A stretch of DNA of 61,540 nucleotides, filler included, from Squatina squatina (Eukaryota), in assembly GCA_031763465.1 (NCBI GenBank). It is 4 parts of 3 records of this genome, joined end to end, with 100 filler letters (N's around TTAATTAATTAA, not from the genome) between each part and the next. Parts side by side here need not be neighbours in the genome. Positions count along the whole stretch, not along the records: positions 1 to 11,822 come from JARFOE010000174.1; 3 more parts are not named here. The stretch is one strand, 5' to 3'. This document shows, piece after piece, positions 1 to 9,750 of this stretch. The number at the start of each line of letters is the position of its first letter. Position 1 is the stretch's first letter. The notes beneath the pieces were generated by a model. The model was given only the letters and a program-made list of their open reading frames with translations, ran no database searches and had not been told where the DNA came from. A program made the position numbers and the translations under genes.

Positions 1-448
1 GCTACTTCCTTAAGCACTCTGGGATGCAGGCTATCTGGCCCTGGGGATTTATCTGCCTTTAATCCATTCAATTTACCTAACACTACTTCCCGACTAACCT
101 GGATTTCCCTCAGTTCCTCCATCTCATTAGACCCCCGGTCCCCTGCTATTATCTTGATATCCCTTATATCACTTAATATCTAAAAATCTGTCAATGTCTC
201 TCAAATATACTCAATGACTGAGCCTCCACAGACCTGCAGAATAGAACTTTCCAAAGATTCGCCACTCTCTGAATGAAGACTATTCTCCTCGCCTCAGTCC
301 AAAATGGTCGACCTCTTATTCTGAGCTTGTGACCCTTTGTTCCAGACTCCTCAGCCAGGGGAATCATGCTCCCTGCAACTGCTCTGTCAGGTCCGGTAAG
401 AATTTTGCATGTTTCAATGTGATCACCTCTCATTCTTCTGTATGCTAG
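1..448 (-). mobile_element. CR1 LINE ORF2 fragments (internally deleted copy or two joined pieces)
   Basis: Minus-strand ORF 191..433 (MRGDHIETCKIL...TKGHKLRIRGRPF...QRVANLW) matches the C-terminal end of CR1 ORF2, which is also seen at 4630-4962. Bases 1-150 read as an upstream ORF2 piece (DKSPGPDSLHPRVLKEV). Confidence 0.85.
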
Positions 449-1099
449 AGAATATAGCTCAGCTGTGCACCAGGAGGTAAGTGAGGGAATTGTAAGCCTT
501 AAGTTTTAAGGGAAAATCTCTCTGTAAAGGGTTAATCTTTCTGTACATCTAGTTTAGTTTTACTAGTAAAAGGTAAAGTTAATTGGGCAACTAGCTTGAA
601 CTGGTTTTCTGTAGCTAGCAGTGCTTCCTCATCTGAGGCCTTGAGCAAGTATAAATAGGGCAGTTTTCCCTGCACCAGGAGCTGAGCTGCGAATGTAGTG
701 CAGCTCCTTACAGGGTGTGGGAAATTTGGTAATTGAGGGAATTGGGTGCAGTGAGGGAGGAGTGCAGTTCACACTTGGCGTTAAACTGCAGGAAAAGTTT
801 ATAAGGTCAGCGCGGCATTCGTTCACTGAGTCCAGAGGTGGAGTTTCAGAGGCGACGTCAGGATTCAGAACGTGACACGTAGCAGGGGAGGCAGCTGATT
901 GGTAAGGAGAATCAGGTGGGTGTTTCTACTATTTTTACTACTACTGCAGTTCATCAGCTCCAGTAATTAAAGGTTAGGACTTTACATTACAGTTGGTAGT
1001 GTTTGGAGTGGAATAAGGTCCCAATTAGTATTCTTGAATTGAGGGGAGTAACTGAGGAGCTAAATTTAAGGGTAATTCATGGCAGGGTAGCTCAGACCC

Positions 1100-2165
1100 A
1101 TGGAATGCTCCTCCTGTGCAATGTGGGAGGTCAAGGAAATTTCCAGTGGCCGTGGCGACAATGTGTGCAGGAAGTGTATCCAGCTGCAGCTACTGGCTAA
1201 CCACATTCCGGAGCGACAGCTGCAGATGACTTCACTGTGGAGCATCTGTGAAGCTGAGATGTACATGGGTAATACATTTAGTGATGTGGGCACACCGCAG
1301 GTTAAGACTGCACCGGCAGAAAGCGAATGAGTGACCACCAGGCAGAGTAGAGGGAGGCAGCTAGTGCAGGAATCCTCTGTGACCAACCCTCTCTCTAACA
1401 GATATAACATTTGGACACTGTTAGGGGAGATGGATTCTCAATGGAAGGCAGCAACCGCAAGGTTCGTGGCACCACGGGTGGCTATGCTGCACAGGAGGGG
1501 AGGAAAACAAGTGGGAGAGCTATAGTGATAGGTGATTCCATTGTAAGGGGAACAGATAGGCGTTTCTGTGGCTGCAGACGTGACTCCAGGATGAAATGTT
1601 GCCTCCCTGGTGCTAGCGTCAAGAATGTCACAGAGCGGCTGCAGGGCATTTTGAAGGGGGCGAGTGAACAGCCACTGGTTGTGGTACATATCGGTACCAA
1701 TGAAACAGGTAGAAAAAGGGTTGAAGTCCTGCAAGATGGAGTTCAGGACTTAGGAGATAAAATTAAAAGCAGGACCTCAAAGGTAGTATTCTCAGCACTA
1801 TTTACAGTGCCACGTGCTATTCAGTATATAACAGGAGAACAGAACAGATGAATGTGTGGCTGGAGAGATGGTGTGGAAGGGAGGGATTTCGATTCCTGGG
1901 ACATTGGGACTGGTTCTGGGGAAGGTGGGACTTGTACAAGCGGGATGGATTACACCCAGGCAGGACCAGAAACGATGTTCTCACAGAGTGCTGTTGGGGA
2001 GGGTTTAAACTAGACTGGCAGGGGGATGTGAAACTAAGCAGGGTGATAAGGGAGAGAGAAACAAGGACAGAAATTAAAGAAAGAACAGTAGAGTGCAAAA
2101 GTGGAAGGCAGGGAAATCAAGGGCAAGAGAAAATAGGGCTACAGTACAAAAAAAAGGTACGATGA
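1100..2165 (+). pseudogene. CR1 ORF1 (N-terminal Cys/zinc-finger region plus SGNH/GDSL esterase domain), disrupted
   Basis: CSSCAMW...CRKC at the N-terminus; SGNH blocks VIGDSIVRG, CLPGA, HIGTN and DGLHP. Split over four ORF-track pieces by stops and frameshifts. Confidence 0.9.
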
Positions 2166-2196
2166 ATAAAAATGGCAAACGGCAAGCCAAAAGGCT

Positions 2197-4962
2197 TTGT
2201 ATCTTAATGCACGGACCATTCTTAATAAGGCAGATGAACTAATGGCACAAATAGATGTAAACGGACATCATCTGATAGGCATTAAGGAGATATGGTTACA
2301 AGGAGATCACAGCTGGGAAATTAATATTCAGAGATATTTAACTTTTCAGAAGGACAGGCGGGAAGGAAAACATGGTGGGGTAGCACTGTTAATAAGCCAT
2401 GAAATGAGTACAGTTTTGAGAGACGATCTCAGATCAGAAGATGTAGACTCCATTTGGGTGGAGTTAAAAAAACAGCAAGGGAAAGACGACACTGTTTGGA
2501 GTAGTGTATAGACCACCGAACAGTATACACACTGTAGGAGAGGGTATAAATCAACAAATAATAGGAGCATTTAAAAAGGGCAGTGCAATAAATATGGGTG
2601 ATTTAATCTTCATGTCGAAGGGGTTAATCAACTTGGAAAGGGTAGCTTCGAGAACGAATTGATAGAGTGCATTCGGGAGAGATTCCGAAAGCAATACATT
2701 ATGGAGCCAACCAGGGAACAGGCTATCTTGGATCTGGTAATGGGTAATGAGGCAGATTTAATAAATGACCTCAGTAAAAGAACCCCTGTGAAATAGTGAC
2801 CATAACATGATAGCATTTTGTATTCAGTTTGACAGAGAGAAACTTGGGTCGGAATCAACTGTGTTTACCTTAAATAAATGGAATTACTATGGAATGAGAA
2901 TGGAGTTGGCTAAAGCGGACTGGGCAGATAGATTGGAAGGAAAGGCAGTAGGCAGGCAGTGGCAGATATTTAAGGAGGTAACTCATGGCTTTCTTCAAAA
3001 ATATATCCCAGTAAGGAGGAAAGACTCTAAAGTAGGGATGCCCCAACCATGGCTCACGAAGGAAGTTAAGGAGAGTATAAAGTCACAAGAGAAAACATAT
3101 AAGGAGGCAAAATTTAGTGGTAGACCCAAAGACTGGGATAAATTCAGAGTCCAGCAAATGAAGTCTAACAAGATAATAAGGAGAGAGGAGATAAACTATG
3201 AGGGCAAAGTAGCGAGGAATATAAAATCTGACAAGATCTTCTTTAAGTATATAAAAAGGAAGAGGGAGGTCAAAGTGAACATAAGCCCCTTAGAAAATGA
3301 GGCTGGGAAATAGTTATGGGGAACAAAGAAATGACAGAGGAGTTAAACAAATACTTTGCATCAGTATTTCCGATAGAAGATACTACAAACATCCCATAAA
3401 TATTACATAATCCAGGGGAAGAATTAAGTACCATCACCATGATTGGAGAAATAGTATTGGGCAAACTAATGGGGCTAAAGGTGGATACGTCCGCTGAACC
3501 GGATGACTTGTATCTTAGGATCCTGAAAGAAGTGGCTACAGGGATAGTGGATGCATTGGTTGTAATCATCCAAAAATCCTTAGATTCTGGAGAAGTGCCA
3601 GAGGATTGGAAAACTGCAAATGTCACCCGCCTATTCAAAAAGGGAAAGAGGCAAAAAGCAGGTAACTATAGACCCATCAGCCTAACATCTATCGTTGCAA
3701 AAATGCTAGTATCAATTATTAAGGAAGTAATAGTGGCACAATTTGGAAAATCGTAATCTATTCAAGTATGGCTTCATGAAGGGGAATTCGTGTCTGACAA
3801 ATTTATTCGAGTTTTTTGAGGAAGTTTCAACCAGAGTGGATAGAGGGGAACCAGTAGATGTATTGTATTAGGACTTCCAGAAAGCATTCGATAAGGTACC
3901 TCACAAAAGATTAAATCACAGGAAAACAGCCCATGGTGTTGGAGGTAATATATTGGCCTGGTTGGAGGATTGGTAACAGGCAGCAAACATAAGGGGGTCA
4001 TTTTCAGGTTGGCAACCTGTAACCAGTGGGGTGCCACAGGGCTCAGTGCTGGGACAGCAACTGTTTACAATATATATTCATGACTTGGAGGCAGGAAACG
4101 AATGCACTGTAGCCAAATTTGCAGACGATGGAAAATAGGTGGGAAGGCCTGTTGCAAGATTTCAAGGAGGCTACAAACAGTTCAAAGAGAGATATTAATA
4201 GGTTATTTGAGGGGGCAAAAAGTTGGCAAATGACGTATAATATGGGAAAATGTGAAGTTGTTCATTTTTGAAGGAAGAGCAAAAGAACAGAGTATTATTT
4301 AAACGGTGAAAAACTGCACAAAGCTGCAGCATAAAGGGATTTGGGGGTCCTTGTGCACGAAACACAGAAAGCTAACATACAAGTGCAGCAGGTCATTGGA
4401 AAGGCAAATGGAATGTTGCCCTTTATTTCAAGGCAGTTGGATTATAAATGTAGGGAAGTCTTACTGCAACTATACAAGTTACTAGTGAGACCATATCTGG
4501 AGTACTGTGAACAGGTTTGTTCACCGTAGTTAAGGAAAGATATTATTTCATTGCAGGCAGTTCAGAGAAGCTTTATGAGGATGACTCTGGGTATGGCGGG
4601 ATTGTCTTATGAGGAAAGTTTGAACAGGTTTGGACTCTACTCATTGGAGTTTGGTAGAATTACAGGCGATCTTATTGAAACCTATAAAGATTCTGAGGAG
4701 GCTGGACATGGTAAATACTGAGAGGATGTCTACTGTCATGGGAGAGTCCAGGACCAGAGGGCACAGTCTCAGAATAAGGGGGCACCCATTTAAGACTGAG
4801 ATGAGAAAGAATTTCGTCTCTCAGAAGTTTGTGAGTATTTGGACCTCATTGCCACTTATTGTGGGGGCTGAGTCCTTGTGTGTATTTAAGGCTGAGATGG
4901 ATAGATTTCTAATCAGTAACAGAATCGAATGTTATGGGGAAAGGGTAGGAAGGTGGACTTGA
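2197..4962 (+). pseudogene. CR1 ORF2 (APE endonuclease plus reverse transcriptase), disrupted
   Basis: APE motifs YLNAR, EIWL and GGVALL; PEDWKTANV...GNYRPISLTS; DFQKAFDKVPH (~3871); GVPQGSVLG (~4028); KFADD (~4115). Multiple frameshifts. Confidence 0.93.
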
Positions 4963-5270
4963 GGAATGTCGGATCAGCCATGATCCAATGGAATGGTGGA
5001 GCAGGCTCGAGGGGCCGAATGGCCTTCTCCTGTTCCTACTTCTTATGTTCTTATGGTCTTAAATCCGAACAGTGTCTATACACAGAGAAGAAAAGTGGGC
5101 CCAGCATTGAGCCCTGGGATACCACTTCCAACCCTTCTACACTCTGAGCAACTCCCAGTAACGCTGAGGCTCTGTCTCCTGTCCTCACACAACTTTCTCC
5201 CCACACTGTTCCCCTTCCTTTTAAACTGCCCCCTCAGCAGAGCGGCCTTTAACCTGGGAATCCCAGTTAC

Positions 5271-5447
5271 CTTCGGACCGCTGCTCGCCATGTCCCTGAT
5301 TTCATTGACGTCCTTCAGAGTCTCATCGAAATGTCTCGGTGCCTCCCGACCCTGTGATCATCCACAGCGGTTTCCAGTCGGACTTGAGTTTTCCTCAAAT
5401 CTGTTGCAGTTTTCCCAAAGTTCTTTGAAGTTCCATCATGACTTGTC
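5271..5447 (-). pseudogene. Exon-like unit, copy B of a duplicated unrecognised exon (177 nt, stops in all frames)
   Basis: Acceptor ttttcttgtcAG and donor AAG|GTAACT. Aligns with 7895-8085, including the downstream intron flank. The 3' part reads FDETLKDVNEIRDMASSGPK. Confidence 0.5.
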
Positions 5448-5464
5448 CTGACAAGAAAACAATG

Positions 5465-6320
5465 TTAACAGACTATCTATAGTAGGCTTGAATTTCAAAA
5501 GGCCTTCAATAAGGTGAAGGATGTTAGACTCATGAGTGTGGTCAGACCATTTGGAGTCAGGGTACCGGTAGCAGAATGAAGAGCAAGCTGGTTGCAGAAC
5601 AGAAAATAGTGATTAGTGGTTAAGTGTAACTACTCAGACTGGTAAAAAGTGGAAAGCGTTGTTCCACAAGGATCAGTGCTGGGATCACTGTCCTTCGTAA
5701 CTTACATTAACCATTTGGACTCAGGAATTGGAAGGACAATTTTGAAATTTACAGATGACAAAAAATTGGCAGGGTATCATTAACACTGAAGCCTGTGGCA
5801 AAATACAAGACAACATTAATGAACTTTCAGAATGGGCATGTAATTGGCAAATGAATTTAAATATAGATAAGCGAGAGGTGTTACATTCTGTTAGGAAGAA
5901 TAAGGAGATGATATAATGCTTGGAAATTAATAGTCTAACTGTGGTACAGGCGCAAAGGGAGCTGGGGAACAGGTACACAAATCATTGATAATAGTGACGC
6001 AGGTTAATAAAGCCTCAAAAATTAAACCAGACCCTTGTGTTTGTTTCTAAAAGTATACAATTGAAAACCAGAGAAATTATGTTAAACTTGAATCGAACCT
6101 TGGTTCGACCAAATTCAAGATTAATGTTCACAATTCTGGTCTCTATTATAAAAAGAATGTACAGACACTGACGACGGAGCAAAAAAGATTTACAAGGATG
6201 ATACGAAAACTAAGAGGTTGTACTTATCAGGAAAGGCTGAGCAGTCGGGGACGTTTTTCTATCGAAAAGATTAACCTGGGGGGTGACCTAATAGAGGTCT
6301 TCAAAATTATGAAAGTGTGA
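5465..6320 (+). mobile_element. Older 5'-truncated CR1 ORF2 (RT) fragment
   Basis: Degenerate NFKRPSIR/FQKAF-like segment, VPQGSVLG (~5661), KFTDDKKL (~5745) and GDLIEVFKIMK (~6281). Confidence 0.8.
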
Positions 6321-6589
6321 AGATATTATATAGTTTGAATGTAACAAGAGCCAGTGTGTGTATAACAGAAAAGGTAGAGAGTTTCTGAGTAAGAGAAATG
6401 GGGAGACAATAATTGAGAGGAGTAGGTGGCAAGAGTGTATGGGAGACAGAAGGGACAGAGAGCTGGTGTATCAGAGGAAAGGGTGAAAAAGTCAGGACGT
6501 CAGAGAGAGGAAGTAGAAAGCAGTTGTCGTTGCAAGAGAATGGGGAGAGAATCTTTGTTTAAACAAGGGGACGGAGGGCCTGAGTACAA

Positions 6590-6985
6590 TTGTGAGATAC
6601 AGAGTGAGTCTGTGTGTGAGAGTGAGACAGAGAGTCAGTGTGTGACAGAGTGAGACTCAAAGGTTGTATGTGAGAGTGTATGTACCAGAGAGACAATGTG
6701 TGAGTAAGTCTCAGAGAGCTTGTACATGAAATAGTGAAACGCAGAGGCTGCATGAGAGTGAATCTGATAATCTGTGTGTGAGAGTGTCTGAGTCTGCCTG
6801 TAAAGAGTGATTCTCAGAGTATGTATGCGAGAGTGAGCATGTGAATGAGGGCAAGTCTGAAAGGGAGTGGGAGAGATGGTGTGTGTAAACAAGAGTGTGA
6901 ATGAGAAAGATACTATGGGAGACAAAGGAGAGAGTCTGTTTGTGTATGAGAATTAAGGGTTAGAGAGTGAGAGCGAGAGTGCAAA
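6590..6985. repeat. GA/GT-rich low-complexity tract
   Basis: Degenerate (GAGAGTGT)n-like sequence; accounts for the H/T/S/L-rich minus-strand ORFs. Confidence 0.8.
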
Positions 6986-6989
6986 AACT

Positions 6990-7690
6990 GATTGCATGGG
7001 AAGGATTTAAAAAGTGGGGCTCCCCAGGGGTCAGTGTTGTCACCAATGCTTTTCTCACAATATGTGGATATGATTGACATGATTGATCTGGCAGTAGGGA
7101 GCACAAAAACAAACTTTGCAGCTGCCACAAAGATAAGGTGTGAGGTTAACAATGACGAGGACTGTAGACAACGTCAGGAGGAGATGGACAGTTGAGCAGA
7201 TTGGGCAGGTAGATGTCAGATGGAAATGAATATGGAGACATGTGAGGTGAAAAGAATAAAGAGAGGAAATATACACTGTATGGTAAAACTGTCAAAGAAG
7301 TAGAGGAGCAGAGATTCAGATATGCAAAGCTTTAAAAGTGGGAGGCAATTTGATAGTGTGTTTTACTGAAGTCCACGTGGAATGCTAAGGTTTATAAATA
7401 AGGGGAGAGTTAATGCTGCACCTGGACAAGACATTGTTTAGGCCACAGTCAAAATATTGTGTCAAGTTTTTGGTGCATTACCTTTTGAGAGAATCTCAAG
7501 GACATGGAGAGATGCAGAAGAGATTCACTGAAATGATCCCAAGAACAGAGTCTTCATTTAACTTTTCTCAAGAGTAGAGAAGTTGAAAAGGAGGGGTTCA
7601 AAATGTTTCCATGAAATAACTGAGACAAAATGTATTCCGAATAGTTAGTGAGCCGGTAACGAGTGGATATCAATTGAAGACCAAAATAAT
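6990..7690 (+). mobile_element. Highly diverged CR1 RT fragment
   Basis: SGAPQGSVLSPMLF...FAAATKI, a decayed GVPQGSVLGP/FADDTK. The 3' boundary is approximate. Confidence 0.7.
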
Positions 7691-7894
7691 TGAGTGCAAA
7701 GTTGATTTTTCCCAGATTGATTTTTCCTTTCTATACAATGTCTGACTGAAGAAATTTACAGTCTAATTACCATTTGTCAAACCTCCCACTTTTGTGCCAC
7801 CAGCAAATGTTCAGATTGTGCTCCTGATTCCCCACTTCCTTTTAAACTGTTCCCCTTGAACAGAGTGGCCTTTACCCCGGGGATCCCCAGTTAC

Positions 7895-8085
7895 CTTCAG
7901 ACCACTGCTCACCATATCCCTGATTTCACTTGACGTCCTTCACAGACTCATCGAATTGTCTCGTGTTCTCCTGGTCCTGTGATCATCCAAAGCGGTTTGC
8001 AGTCAGACTCAAGTATTCTCTGGGATATTTCTTGAACTCCTGCATGGTTTTCTCAAAATTCCTGGAATTTCCAGCACGACTTCTC
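7895..8085 (-). other. Exon-like unit, copy A of the duplicated unrecognised exon (191 nt)
   Basis: Acceptor tttcttccacAG and donor AAG|GTAACT. Paralogous to 5271-5447. In phase 2 it reads RSRAGNSRNFEKTMQEFKKYPREYLSLTANRFG* with the stop at 7985-7983. Confidence 0.5.
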
Positions 8086-8552
8086 CTGTGGAAGAAATAC
8101 ACATTAGGTTCGGGGGCAGAAGAACTAAGGACCATTCTAAAGTACTTTGAGTTGGCCTTAGCTCATTGGCTCCACCATCTCACTTCCAGAAGCAAAAAAG
8201 TTGCAAGATCAAGCGCCCCTCCAGAAAGTTAAGCACAAAATTCAGTTTGTGGGGTCCATTGTAAGATTATCACGGATTAGTTGTTTTATTGGAATACTTA
8301 CTTTACAATCTTAGACTCATCAGTATCTTATAATCATCAGTAACAGATTTATAATCCTGTGTAAGAATTAAATATAAAAGTCTGTGGTTATCAACTGTAT
8401 CCAGTGGTGGACTGAAATGTACAACGTGTAATGCTTTTTTCTTATGCTCAAAAGTCTGTGAATAAGCTGTAACCAGACAAGCTGGGGTGTGAAAGATTGC
8501 CATGGTCGAAAAGACTGCAGTTAGCCAGGGAACCGAGGTTAGGTGCAGTTAC

Positions 8553-8626
8553 CAATGTGCTGGAAAATTAGAACATCCACTGTGAATTATAAAAACGAAG
8601 GCCAACAGCAGGGGCCACATCTCAAC
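8553..8626 (-). CDS. Putative signal-peptide-encoding exon of an unrecognised gene or pseudogene (ATG at 8620; MWPLLLAFVFIIHSGCSNFPAH)
   Basis: Acceptor tgtctccacAG|GTTGAGATG and donor TG|GTAACT. Hydrophobic core LLLAFVFII followed by small residues S-G-C-S. Same strand as, and just upstream of, the two duplicated exons. Confidence 0.45.
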
Positions 8627-9099
8627 CTGTGGAGACATATTCCTTTTGTATTGCCACAACTACCACAGATCTGAGTCTTGAAGGTCAAACACAGATGATG
8701 TAAGACTGTCAAGCCTGCACAAACCAGGGTGCTGCGAATGTGGCATCTTCAGCTTTAGGTGTCAGCCAGTGATTGGAGTCGGTTTTGAATGAGAGTCAGG
8801 GTATAAGCAGGGCTTCTTCACAGGCACAAACTGTAGAGGATTTCAGGAGCAGAAGATTTCAGGAAGATTCAATGAGGTCCCCGGGAGACGAGGAGAGATG
8901 AGAGACAAGAGACACAGGGTGCAGCTTACTCACGATTACGGCTTCTCCCCAGAGTATAAGTGGTGACATAAGTCTCAATTATACTCTGTAAACTGCTGCT
9001 CGAATACTGTAATGTATTAATTCTTGCCTGTGCTGAATAACGTTAAATCCCTGCCCCGAATATGAGACAACCTCGAATCATTTGGAACCTGGGTCCCTC

Positions 9100-9278
9100 T
9101 GGGATCTTAGACACAAACCACTGAAAGTAGCGATCCAGGTCAATAAGGCCTTAATAAAGCAAACCAAGCCTTGGGGTCCATTTCTAAAGGTGTGGAATAG
9201 AAAAGCAGAGATGTTCTGTTAAGCAAACCTTGGTTAGAGCGTGGATAAGATGAATGTTCCCACTTCTGGTCTCCATAT
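9100..9278 (+). mobile_element. Short old CR1 ORF2 fragment
   Basis: Similar to 5975-6145 (cacaaaccactgaaagtagcg...ttggtt...cttctggtctccatatt). Confidence 0.6.
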
Positions 9279-9284
9279 TCCGGT

Positions 9285-9650
9285 ACTCAGCGGCCCCGTG
9301 CTCCCGCTTCGAGAAACTTCCAGACAGTGCTGGCTGGAGGCTGGAGCCGCCCCCTCACCCCTGACCCCCAGCCCCCGGGAACAAACGGCCAATCAGCCGC
9401 CCCGTGACATCAACCCGCATTGTGTCGTCACCTGCTGCCCGGCCGCCATCTTGGTGCGACCGAGCTGACTGCGCATGCGGGGTCATTTACTGCCTGTAAA
9501 CCCGCGCAATTCAAAGAAAAAGTGACTTCAGTTCGCAGTAAAATCAGCGCTCGCTCTTCATCGAAAGACTGACAGTTTGTGCCACGCCGTAGAAAGAAAG
9601 CGGCGGTTGATCAGGCGGGTGAGGTGCGCATGTGCGAACTCTGCTCCCAG
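9285..9650. promoter_or_regulatory. CpG-rich housekeeping-type promoter motif cluster
   Basis: HSE cTTCg-aGAAa-cTTCc-aGACa 9307-9326; GC boxes 9347 and 9397; GGCCAATCAG 9387-9396; YY1 CCGCCATCTT 9443-9452; NRF1 TGCGCATGCG 9470-9479 and TGCGCATGTGC 9625-9635. Many intact CpGs in a CpG-poor background. Confidence 0.7.
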
Positions 9651-9750
9651 AGTGCCGGTTTCCAAGATAGGGGACTTTCAGTGACGCTCCGCATTGTGCG
9701 AGCTGTAGCTCGCCATGACCCAGCTCAAAATTCCTGCTTCCTCAATCCCA

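Larger units (their letters stand above)
460..5061 (+). mobile_element. Near full-length CR1 non-LTR retrotransposon, inactivated (5' UTR, ORF1, ORF2, 3' UTR with (TTCTTATG)n tail)
   Basis: ORF1 and ORF2 remnants are colinear. The 3' UTR GGAGCAGGCTCGAGGGGCCGAATGGCC is followed by an octamer-repeat tail at 5040-5061. The 5' boundary is approximate. Confidence 0.93.

Noticed and set aside
5271-5447. Selenoprotein hypothesis: the 59-codon phase-0 frame has only TGA stops, one aligned to TGC (Cys) in the paralogous exon and one in a CG* context
   Set aside because: The paralogue has its own TGA opposite a Trp codon plus indels, which points to ordinary decay. I identified no SECIS element and no similarity to a known selenoprotein. 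A SECISearch/Seblastian hit downstream would reopen the question.
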